From the NCBI GenBank assembly GCA_963769635.1, contig CAVYMN010000001.1, positions 1,676,109 through 1,740,108 on the forward strand: 64,000 nucleotides of DNA, written 5' to 3'. The translations under genes and the position numbers were made by a program. Source of the DNA: an uncultured Actinomycetota bacterium. GTDB lineage: Bacteria; Actinomycetota; Actinomycetes; Sporichthyales; Sporichthyaceae. Under the pieces are notes generated by a model that worked only from the letters and a program-made list of their open reading frames with translations, was not told the DNA's origin and searched no databases. The first letter of the stretch is position 1, and every line of letters starts with the position of its first letter. Of the stretch, positions 56,263 to 64,000 are shown one piece after another.

Positions 56263-57198
56263 AGGAGGCCCTGAGTCTCTCGACCGACACGTGGGTGTAG
56301 ATCTGCGTCGTGGTGAGCGTAGCGTGACCGAGCAACTCCTGAACGCTCCTCAGAGTCGGCGCCGCCCTCCAAAAGATGGGTCGCTGCGGTGTGCCGCAGA
56401 CCGTGCGGGCCGAGGGCGGGGGCGCCCTCGATGCCCCCGAGCCGGTGCTGGACGAGGGTACGAACCGCGCGCTGGCCGAGTCGCCCGCCGCGCGCCCCGA
56501 GGAACAGGGCCGGGCCGCTGCCGTCGACGGCGAACACCGGCCGCCCGGCCCGCAGCCACTCGTCGACCGCCCGCAGCGCGGGGATACCGAGCGGGACGGT
56601 TCGCTCGCGGGCGCCCTTGCCCAGCGCCCGGACGACGCGGCGCTCACGGTCGACGTCGTCCACGTCGAGCCCGACGAGTTCGCCGACCCGCAGGCCGGTC
56701 GCGTACAGCACCTCGAGTACCGCGAGGTCTCGCAGAGCCGCCGGGACCGGCCGGGGCTTCGGGCGACGCGACGAGCGCCTCGACCTGCTCGTGGGTGAGC
56801 ACCCCAGGCAGGTTGCGGCGGACCTTGGGACTCACGAGCCCGGCGCCCGCGTCGGCCGGAGCGAGGCCCGTGCGGTGCGCGTGCGCGGTGAACGCCCGCG
56901 CCGACGCGGCCCGCCGCGCGATCGTCGCGTCGGAGTGGCGGGTCGTCCGTTCCCGGGCCAGCCAGCTGCGCAGGACGGCGAGCGTCAGCTCCGTCGGTGC
57001 GCAGACCCCGGCCCGGGAGGCGTGCTCGAGCAGCCGCCCCACGTCCCCGGTGTACGCCCGGACGGTGTGGGCGGAGAACCCGCGCTCGGCCCGCAGGTGG
57101 ACCTCGAACGCGGCCAGCGCGTCGCCGAGGGGTCCGGGCAGGGCCCTCGGGACCGGACCGGGGACGGCCGGATCCCGCACCCCCGGCCGATTCCTCAT
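56237..57198 (-). pseudogene. xerC: Tyrosine recombinase XerC, two frameshifts as sequenced
   Basis: [23 protein letters not shown] (N-terminal SAM-like domain) | [24 protein letters not shown]...[17 protein letters not shown] | [22 protein letters not shown]. Breaks are at ~56737-56744 and ~56352-56356. Confidence 0.85.
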
Positions 57199-57269
57199 GC
57201 GAGCAAACTTCGCGCTTGGCCAGGGCAGAAGCAAGCATCGCCGCGCCGGAACAGGCAAAGATCGCCGGC

Positions 57270-58406
57270 TCACGCCCCGGCCCGCGCCTGGCGAGTCAGC
57301 CGCCAGCCGCCGTCCACGCGCTCGACCAGGCCCCGTGCCCGCCAGCTCGCCGAGGACCGCGTGCGTCGGCCCCTCAGCTCCAGCCCGCAGTCGCGGGCGA
57401 CCGTCGACAGCGGCGCGGGCCGGCGAGCCGGCAGGGCCTCGATGACCGCCAGCAGCTGCGCCGGCAAATCGTCCCGGCCCGGGACGCCCCGACGAGCACC
57501 GGCGCGAGGTCGTCACCGAGTCCGCCCGACCGCCTCGACGATCTCCGCCGCCCGGGTGACCAGCACCGCGTGTCTCGTGCGGACGAGCTCGTGCGCACCG
57601 GCCGACGCTCCCGACGTGACCGGCCCGGGGACGGCCATCAACGTCCGGCCGAGCTCGTCGGCCCACCGCGCGGTGGTGGCCGCGCCGCTGCGCAGCGCGG
57701 CCTCGACCACGACGGTGCCGCGGGACAGCGCGGCGATCACCCGGTTGCGGGTGAGGAACCGACGCCGCGCCGGCGCCGACGCCGAGGGCGGACTCGCTCA
57801 GCAGCGCGCCCTCCGCGACGATCCGCTCGATCATCGAGGCGTGCGCCCGCGGATAGGGCACGTCCACGCCGCCGGCCAGGACGCCGACCGTCACCCCGTT
57901 GACGGCGAGCGCGCCGCGGTGGGCCGCCGCGTCGATGCCGAACGCGCACCCGGACACGACCGCCCAGCCGCGCTCGGCCACGCCGGCCGCAAGCTCGGTG
58001 CTCACGTGCAGCCCGTACGCCGTCGCAGCGCGCGACCCGACCAGCGCCACCGACTCGAGCAGGTGCGTGCGCAGCGGCAGCTCGCCGCGGACCCAGAGCC
58101 CGTAGGGACGTCCCGCGCCGAGGTCGTCCAGCTGCGTCGGCCATTCGTCGTCGCCCGGACAGACGAGGCGCGCGCCCGCCGACGCGGCCGCGCCGGAGCT
58201 CGGCCGCGCCGTCCGCCTCGGCGAGGCGCAGCGCGCATCGCCGCGGCGCCGGGTACCGCGCAGGTACGCCCGCCGCGATGCCCTCGATCACCGCCGGCGC
58301 CCCCTCCTCGTCGAGCAGGACGCCGATTCGCGGCTCCCCCGGCTCGGCGACCCGGGTCAGCGCCGCGCGCGCCGCCCGTTCGTCGTCGCTGACTTGCGCC
58401 GGCTCA
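57270..58406 (-). pseudogene. dprA: DNA-processing protein DprA, at least five frameshifts as sequenced
   Basis: SDDERAARAALTRVAEPGEP... | ...RLVCPGDDEWPTQLDDLG...VALVGSRAATAYG...VVSGCAFGIDAAAHRGAL...LLSES | ...RRRFLTRNRVIAALSRGTVVVEAALRSGAATTA...MAVPGPVTS | ... | DLPAQLLAVIEALP...GLVERVDGGWRL. The start codon could not be fixed; GTG 58406 would overlap the putative yifB stop but is out of frame with SDDER. Confidence 0.75.
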
Positions 58407-59958
58407 CGCGGCCCACTCCGATGAGATGCCCGGTGCGGAATGCGACCGCGGTGCGCACGTCGTCGGCAGTCGGCCGGTCGCGCCCCGCGAGATCCGCGAT
58501 GCGTCCAGGCCAGCCGGAGCACCCGGACCACGCCGCGGGCGGTGAGCGTGCCGCGGTCGAAGGCCAGTCTCCAGCGACGCGGTCGAGGCGACCGGCCAGC
58601 GCGTGCGCAGCTCGCGGGCCGGGACCTCGGAGTTCACCGTCCAGGGCGTGCCCGCCAGGCGCCGGGCCGCCCGCTCGCGCGCCTCGCGCACCCGCGCCGC
58701 CGCCGGCGCCGTGCCCTCCGGATCGGTTCGCGTCGAGCATGTCGTGGCGGCTCGGACGGTCGATCATGACCTGCATGTCGATGCGGTCCAGGAGCGGACG
58801 GGACAGCCGGGAGTGGTAGCGCCGCCGGGTCTCCGAGCTGCACGAGCACCCGACCGCGGACGTCGAGGCCTGCCCGCACGGGCACGGGTTCGCCGCCAGA
58901 ACCAGCAGGAAACCGCGCCGGGAAGATCGCCGTGGCGCCCGACCGGGCGATCACCACCTCGCCCGCCTCGAGGGGTTGCCGCAGGCCGTCCAGGACGCCC
59001 GAGCGAAACTCCGGCGCCTCGTCGACGAACAGGACCCCGCGGTGCGCCATCGACGCGGCCCCGGGCCGGATCTCGCGCGACCCGCCGCCGACCAGGGCGG
59101 CCGACGTCGCGGTGTGGTGCGGGTTGCAGAAGGGCGGCGAGGTCACCAGCGGGCGGCCCGGCGGCAGCAGGCCGGCCACCGAGTGGATCTCCGTGACCTC
59201 GAGCGCCGCCTCACCTACCAGGCGCGGGAGCAGGCCCGGCAGCCGTTCGGCCAGCATGGTCTTGCCCGCCCCGGGGCTGCCGTGCATGAACAGGTGATGG
59301 TTGCCGGCCGCGCAGATCTCGAGGGCTCGGCGCGCCTCGTTCTGGCCCCGGACGTCGACCAGGTCCGGCGCGTCCGCGGCGCACCGCACCGGCACCGGGG
59401 CGACGGCGACCACGCTGCGCCACCGGCGGCTCGTCCGGCACCGGCTCGCCCCGCAGGACGGCGAGGAACTGCCGCAACGAGCGGACGCCCAGCACCTCGA
59501 CCCCGTCGACCAGCGCCGCTTCGGCGGCGTTCGGCTCCGGCACGACCACCCGGGTCAGCCCCGCCCGGGTGGCCGCCGCGACGGCGGGCAGGACCCCGCG
59601 AAGGGCGCGGACCCCGCCGTCGAGGCCGAGTTCCCCGAGCAGGAGGAGCCCGGCCACCTCGGCCGGGCGCCACGTCGCCGGCGGCGGCGAGCACCGCCAC
59701 GGCGATCGCCAAGTCGAAGCCGGACCCCCGCTTCTGCAGGTCGGCAGGCGAGAGCGACACCGTCAGGCGCCGGTTCGGCCACGTCTCGCCGCTGTTGACC
59801 AGCGCGGCCCGCACCCTGTCCCGCGCCTCCGACAGCGCCGCGTCGGGCAGCCCGACGAGGTAGAAGCCGGGCAGCCCGTCGGAGATGTCGGCCTCGACCT
59901 CGACCACCCGGCCGCGCACCCCCGCCAGCGCGACCGACCACACACGGGCGACCGGCAT
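58404..59958 (-). pseudogene. comM: YifB/ComM-family Mg-chelatase-like AAA+ ATPase, six to seven frameshifts as sequenced
   Basis: ATG 59958 is in an ATGA overlap with the yraN stop. The sequence reads MPVARVWSVALAGVRGRVVEVEADIS...LAIAVAVLAAAGDV | AEVAGLLLLGELGLDGGVR... | VRGQNEARRALEICAAGNHHLFMHGSPGAGKTMLAERLP...VLFVDEAPEF...ARF | LLVLAANPCPCG...LLDRIDMQV... | ...ERAARRLAGTPWTVNSEV... | LTARGVVRVLRLAWT | IADLAGRDRPT. The 3' end is uncertain (58404 or 58357). Confidence 0.8.
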
Positions 59959-60314
59959 CACGCCACCCCCCGCCGGTGCTCCACGAGCGCGGCGCCGAGC
60001 CGGCTGCGGTGCACCCCGACCACGTCCACCCGGACTTCGGCGACCCGCAGGTCGTGGGCCGCCAGCCACATCGCCGCCAGGCGCCGCAGCCGCGCGGCCT
60101 TCGCCGGCGTCACCGCCTCGAACGGGGTGCCGAACGTGCTCCCGGAACGCGTCTTCACCTCGCACACCACGAGGGTCTGCCCGTCCCGCGCGACGATGTC
60201 GATCTCGCCCGCCCGGCAGCGCCAGTTGCGCTCGACGATAGCCATCCCCGCATCCGCGAGATGCCGTGCCGCCACGTCCTCCCCGTAGCGACCCACTGCG
60301 TCCTTCGCGCGCAT
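59958..60314 (-). CDS. YraN/UPF0102 family endonuclease-like protein
   Basis: 118 aa from ATG 60314: GEDVAARHLADAGMAIVERNWRCRAGEIDIVARDGQTLVVCEVKTR. Intact. Confidence 0.85.
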   Translation of the reverse strand: MRAKDAVGRYGEDVAARHLADAGMAIVERNWRCRAGEIDIVARDGQTLVVCEVKTRSGSTFGTPFEAVTPAKAARLRRLAAMWLAAHDLRVAEVRVDVVGVHRSRLGAALVEHRRGVA

Positions 60315-60432
60315 GCGCACCACCTCCGGCCCCGACCTTGGCGGGAACCGGTCGCGGACGTCCCCGCCCCGGGGCGATCTGTGGACAGTCCGGCCGCGCC
60401 GCCGTCCTGTGGACGAAGGCAGCGGGCGAGCG

Positions 60433-60951
60433 TCAGGCGGAGCTGGGGCCGAGGTCGGACGGCGTGACCCCGTCGACCATGTCGACCGCGTCGAACCAAC
60501 CGCAGCGCGGCTCACCGCCGGGCAGGTCGAACCGGCTCACGTAGGGCTTGATGTCCACGACCGGCGTCCCGTCCACCAGGTCGACGCCGGCGAAGCGGAC
60601 GGTCGAGCCGGACACGTCGAGCAGCCGCACGAGGGACAGCCCGAGCGGGTTGACCCGCCGCGGCCCGCGCATGGCGAACAGCCCGATCTCCCGCCCTTCG
60701 CGGCGCATCAGGAACGGGACCTGGCGCAGCGGCGGCGGGCCGAGGCCACGCTCGTCCGAGCGGTCCAGCCAGCTGAAGATCCAGGCGTAGTCGAAGTCCT
60801 CGAGGCCGGCGAGCCCGTCGACGAAGTCCGCGGCGATCTCGATCGACGCTTCCTCGCCCCGGTTGAGGCTGGACTGGACCGGCGTCGCCTCGGTCACCGA
60901 GCGCCCCGACCGGACGATCCCGATCACCGTCAGCGGGCAGTGGATGGTCAC
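60433..60951 (-). CDS. trmO: TrmO/TsaA-family SAM-dependent tRNA methyltransferase
   Basis: 172-aa ORF with the YaeB-like fold signature FAMRGPRRVNPLGLSLVRLLDV and DGTPVVDIKPY. Confidence 0.8.
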   Translation of the reverse strand: MTIHCPLTVIGIVRSGRSVTEATPVQSSLNRGEEASIEIAADFVDGLAGLEDFDYAWIFSWLDRSDERGLGPPPLRQVPFLMRREGREIGLFAMRGPRRVNPLGLSLVRLLDVSGSTVRFAGVDLVDGTPVVDIKPYVSRFDLPGGEPRCGWFDAVDMVDGVTPSDLGPSSA

Positions 60952-60958
60952 GGTCGGC

Positions 60959-61285
60959 TCACGGCTCCTTCGGCTTTCCGCCGCCCGGGAGCTCGAGCTC
61001 GGTCTTGGCCAGCTCCTCGACGTTGACGTCCTTGAACGTGACGACCTTGACGTTCTTCACGAAGCGCGCGGGCCGGTACATGTCCCAGACCCAGGCGTCG
61101 GTCATCGAGACCTCGAAGTACGTCTCTCCGCCGTCCGAGCGGACCTGCAGGTCGACGTTGTTCGTGAGGTAGAAGCGGCGCTCCGTCTCCACGACGAAGG
61201 AGAACAGGCCGACGACGTCGCGGTACTCCTTGTAGAGCTGGAGCTCCATCTCCGTCTCGTACTTCTCCAGGTCCTCGGCACTCAC
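60959..61285 (-). CDS. DUF2469 family protein (conserved actinobacterial)
   Basis: VSAEDLEKYETEMELQLYKEYRDVVGLFSFVVETERRFYLTN. Start placed at GTG 61285, which avoids overlap with rnhB (track start 61327). Confidence 0.8.
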   Translation of the reverse strand: MSAEDLEKYETEMELQLYKEYRDVVGLFSFVVETERRFYLTNNVDLQVRSDGGETYFEVSMTDAWVWDMYRPARFVKNVKVVTFKDVNVEELAKTELELPGGGKPKEP

Positions 61286-61292
61286 GGGCGGT

Positions 61293-61997
61293 TCACGCGT
61301 TCTCCTCACAGCGATCGTCCGCGCCATTGTTCCCGGCGGCCGGAGCGCACCCGGCGGCGGCCCGCACGTTGACGTACGACCAGCGGTGCTCGGCGCACGG
61401 ACCCTGGCGCCGCAGCGCGGCGGAGTGTTCCGGCGTGACGTAACCCTTGTGCTCCGCGAACCCGTACTCCGGGTGATGCGCGTCGAGGTCGACCATCAGG
61501 CGGTCGCGCGTCACCTTCGCGACGACGGACGCGGCGGCGATGCAGGCGGCGACCCGGTCGCCCTTCCACATGGCCAGGCCCGGGACGCCGAGCCCGGCGA
61601 CCGGGAACCCGTCGGTCAGGACGTAGGACGGGCCGACGGACAGGCGGGCGAGGGCCCGGCGCAGGGCGGCGATGTTCGCCCGGTGCAGCCCGATGCGGTC
61701 GATCTCGGCCGGCGGCACCAGGACGACGGCGACGGCGGCCGCACGGCCGACGACCTCCTCGAAGACCTCCTCGCGCACGCCCGGACGCAGCAGCTTGGAG
61801 TCGGCAAGCCCGGGGACCTCGCCCCGGCGGCCCGGCGGCAGGATCACCGCGGCGGCCACCAGCGGGCCGGCGCAGGCCCCGCGTCCCGCTTCGTCGGCCC
61901 CCGCCACCGGGGCGAGCCCGGACCGCGCGAGGGCGCGCTCGTACCCGTAGAGGCCCGCGTCGCGGCGGACGGTCGTGCCGCGCGGTCGGACGGACAC
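61293..61997 (-). CDS. rnhB: Ribonuclease HII
   Basis: 234-aa ORF: VAGADEAGRGACAGPLVAAAV (DEAGRG), DSKLL, GFAEHKGY. Confidence 0.93.
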   Translation of the reverse strand: MSVRPRGTTVRRDAGLYGYERALARSGLAPVAGADEAGRGACAGPLVAAAVILPPGRRGEVPGLADSKLLRPGVREEVFEEVVGRAAAVAVVLVPPAEIDRIGLHRANIAALRRALARLSVGPSYVLTDGFPVAGLGVPGLAMWKGDRVAACIAAASVVAKVTRDRLMVDLDAHHPEYGFAEHKGYVTPEHSAALRRQGPCAEHRWSYVNVRAAAGCAPAAGNNGADDRCEENA

Positions 61998-62000
61998 GCC

Positions 62001-62930
62001 TCAGTCCCGGGCGTCGCTCGAGGCGAGCTCTGGTTCGGCGGCTCGGCGGCGACGGGCGAACAGCAGCGGCACCCCGACGATGCCCACGAGCCCGAGGGTC
62101 GAGGTGATCGCCGCGTCGTCCAGGGCCTTGCGGTGGAACGTCTCCGGCACCGGCAGCGTGGTCCAGCGCCCCAGCGGCCACACGAGGACGAACGCGCGCC
62201 CCACCACGTTCTCGGACGGGATCGTGCCGCCGCCCGGGTCGGACATGTGCACTCGCGAGTCGGCCGACAGCGAGCGGTGGTCGCCCATCACCCACAGGCG
62301 GTTCGGCGGGACGGTGACGGTGAACGTGCGGTCGGACGGCTTGTCGCCCGGGTAGATGTACGGCTCCTCGAGCGGGACGCCGTTGACCGTGACCTTGCCG
62401 CCGGTGCAGCAGGCCACCTTGTCGCCCGGGACGCCGATGACGCGCTTGATCAGGTCTTTCTCGTTGTCCGAGGGCAGCAGGCCGACGAAGACGAAGACGT
62501 CCTTGAGGCCGCGCACGACGGGATTGCTGCTGCGTTCAGCGGGCTCGGTGCCCAGCCAGCCGCCGGGGTCGCGGAAGACGACGACCTGGCCGCGCTTCAC
62601 ATCCCCGAAGTGCGAGGCGAACTTGTTGACCAGCACGCGGTCGCCGCGCAGCAGCGTGTTCTCCATCGAGTCGGACGGGATGAAGAACGCCTGGACGAGG
62701 AACGTCTTGATCAACAGTGCCAGGGCGAGGGCGACGAAGACGAGAACCGGCAGTTCACGGAGCAGGCCCGAGGACGGGGCCGACTCCTCGCGTTCGTCCA
62801 CAGTCGGCTCCGGAGGCAGGTCCTCGTCGGACCGCCGGACGGTCCGGCGCTGGGTCGGGCGCGGCGGGAGCGGTTCCACGGGCTCAGGCTCCGCGGAGTC
62901 CGCGGGGTCAGTCACCGGTGGCACGTCCAT
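62001..62930 (-). CDS. lepB: Signal peptidase I (S26), paralog 1
   Basis: Catalytic Ser box is FFIPSDSMENTLLRGDRVLVNK; Lys box is KRVIGVPGD; also GDHRSLSADSR. The N-terminal extension is acidic/Pro-rich. Confidence 0.92.
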   Translation of the reverse strand: MDVPPVTDPADSAEPEPVEPLPPRPTQRRTVRRSDEDLPPEPTVDEREESAPSSGLLRELPVLVFVALALALLIKTFLVQAFFIPSDSMENTLLRGDRVLVNKFASHFGDVKRGQVVVFRDPGGWLGTEPAERSSNPVVRGLKDVFVFVGLLPSDNEKDLIKRVIGVPGDKVACCTGGKVTVNGVPLEEPYIYPGDKPSDRTFTVTVPPNRLWVMGDHRSLSADSRVHMSDPGGGTIPSENVVGRAFVLVWPLGRWTTLPVPETFHRKALDDAAITSTLGLVGIVGVPLLFARRRRAAEPELASSDARD

Positions 62931-63717
62931 TCGTCAGCCCTTCGAAACTGTCGGGAACAGGCAGCCGGCCGACCCGCGAGAGCGGCCATACGACGGCTAC
63001 CGCCCGGCCCACGACCTTGTCCATCGGCACAGTACCGCCGCCCGGGTCCCCGAGGTGGGCACGCGAGTCGGCCGAGCGGCTCCGATGATCACCCATGACC
63101 CACAGCCTGCCCGGCGGGACTCGGATATCGAACTTGTCGCGAGACGGAAGATCCAAAGGATAAAGGTAAGGCTCGTCCAGCGACTGCCCATTCACCTGAA
63201 GGCGACCGCGAGAGTCGCAGCAGCGGATGCGGTCCCCCGGCAGCCCGATCACCCTTTTGATGTAGTCGTCCTCGCTCGGCGCAGCGCCGACAAGGCCGAG
63301 CACGCGGTCCCAGAACCCCAGGCCGCCCGACGACTTCTGCTCGAAACTGCCGACCCCGTCGAAGACGACGACCTGGCCGCGCTGCACGTCGCCGACGCGG
63401 TAGGACATCTTGTTGACGAGGACGCGGTCGCCGACCTGCAGCGTGTTCTGCATGGACGGCGACGGAATGTAGAAGGCCTGCAGGAACAGCGCTCGCACCA
63501 GCACCATCGTGGCGAGCATGGCGAACAGGAGGGCGGCCTGCGTCCGGCGCAGCTTGCGCCGACGGCGGGTCCGCAACTCCGCGCGGGTCGCGTCGTCCTC
63601 GCCCCGGGACCTGCCGCCGCCGCCCAACGACATCCGCCGGTGGGAACGCGGCGGCGCATCGACCGCCGTGGCCGCCCCGGCCGGACCGTCGTCGCCGGCG
63701 TTCTCGTCCTCGCCCAT
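62908..63717 (-). CDS. lepB: Signal peptidase I (S26), paralog 2
   Basis: FYIPSPSMQNTLQVGDRVLVNK, KRVIGLPGD and GDHRSRSADSR. It overlaps paralog 1 by 23 nt. Confidence 0.92.
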   Translation of the reverse strand: MGEDENAGDDGPAGAATAVDAPPRSHRRMSLGGGGRSRGEDDATRAELRTRRRRKLRRTQAALLFAMLATMVLVRALFLQAFYIPSPSMQNTLQVGDRVLVNKMSYRVGDVQRGQVVVFDGVGSFEQKSSGGLGFWDRVLGLVGAAPSEDDYIKRVIGLPGDRIRCCDSRGRLQVNGQSLDEPYLYPLDLPSRDKFDIRVPPGRLWVMGDHRSRSADSRAHLGDPGGGTVPMDKVVGRAVAVVWPLSRVGRLPVPDSFEGLTNGRATGD

Positions 63718-63785
63718 CTCCGCCGAGGGTAGCCAACCGCCGACCTGCGGCGGATCGCCTGGCGGCAGAGCCGAGCGCGGGATGG

Positions 63786-64000
63786 TCAGAGGCGGGAAGC
63801 GGCGGGGTCGCGCTTCTCTTTGATCTTCGCCTTCTTGCCGCGAAGGTCGCGCAGGTAGTAGAGCTTCGCGCGGCGCACGTCACCGCGGATCGCGACCTCG
63901 ATCCGGTCGATCGACGGCGTGTGTACGGGGAAGGTCCGCTCGACGCCGACGCCGAAGCTCACCTTCCGAACGGTGAACGACTCGCGCAGCCCACTGCCCT
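63786..64000 (-). CDS. rplS: 50S ribosomal protein L19 (C-terminal part; N-terminus beyond window)
   Basis: Manual translation: ...[70 protein letters not shown], with stop at 63786-63788. It is not in the track because it is open at the edge. Confidence 0.9.
   Translation of the reverse strand, partial: GSGLRESFTVRKVSFGVGVERTFPVHTPSIDRIEVAIRGDVRRAKLYYLRDLRGKKAKIKEKRDPAASRL

Noticed and set aside
56237-57198. Tyrosine recombinase as a marker of a prophage or integrative element
   Set aside because: The sequence and the neighbourhood (whiG upstream, dprA-yifB-yraN downstream) are those of chromosomal XerC. There are no phage or conjugation genes, no tRNA and no flanking att-like repeats nearby.

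Overview
This is a very GC-rich, actinobacterial-type chromosomal core segment; third codon positions are almost always G/C, but composition was not computed. It holds about 60 protein genes, roughly 90% on the minus strand. Gene order is the classic Actinomycetota one: cinA-pgsA-rimO-HTH-ftsK-rnj-dapA-thyX, then dapB-M16 peptidase-pnp-rpsO-ribF-truB-nrnA-rbfA-DUF503-infB-ylxR-nusA-rimP, then proS, ispG-rseP-dxr, rlmN, cdsA-frr-pyrH-tsf-rpsB, M23 peptidase, whiG-xerC-dprA-yifB-yraN, trmO, rnhB-lepB-lepB-rplS. I could not recognise any rRNA, tRNA, CRISPR array, transposase or prophage genes. Lineage-variable material comprises an LPXTG surface protein (10.1-11.8 kb), a secreted S33-type hydrolase (18.8-20.7 kb), and a ~12-kb block between dxr and cdsA (38.0-49.9 kb). 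That block holds a META lipoprotein, a three-domain UPF0158/nucleotidyltransferase/helical ORF, gabD, a prpE-like CoA ligase, a SUFU-like protein, a PD40-repeat protein, glyA and an orphan solute-binding protein. Four things stand out. (i) Two dense clusters of single-base frameshifts lie at about 41.6-48.6 kb and 55.2-59.7 kb. They total about 36 breaks in 11 genes, and almost all behave as +1 insertions. Interspersed housekeeping genes (glyA, cdsA-frr-pyrH-tsf-rpsB) are intact. (ii) A 14-bp tandem duplication breaks the META lipoprotein gene. (iii) A lone 1-nt deletion-type break sits in rnj. (iv) The fused UPF0158/NTase/HEPN-like ORF is the only candidate here for a poorly described system. 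Many long Arg/Pro/Gly-rich ORFs in the track are antisense or out-of-frame shadows typical of high-GC DNA. All functional calls rest on motif recognition by eye; no database or HMM search was possible.
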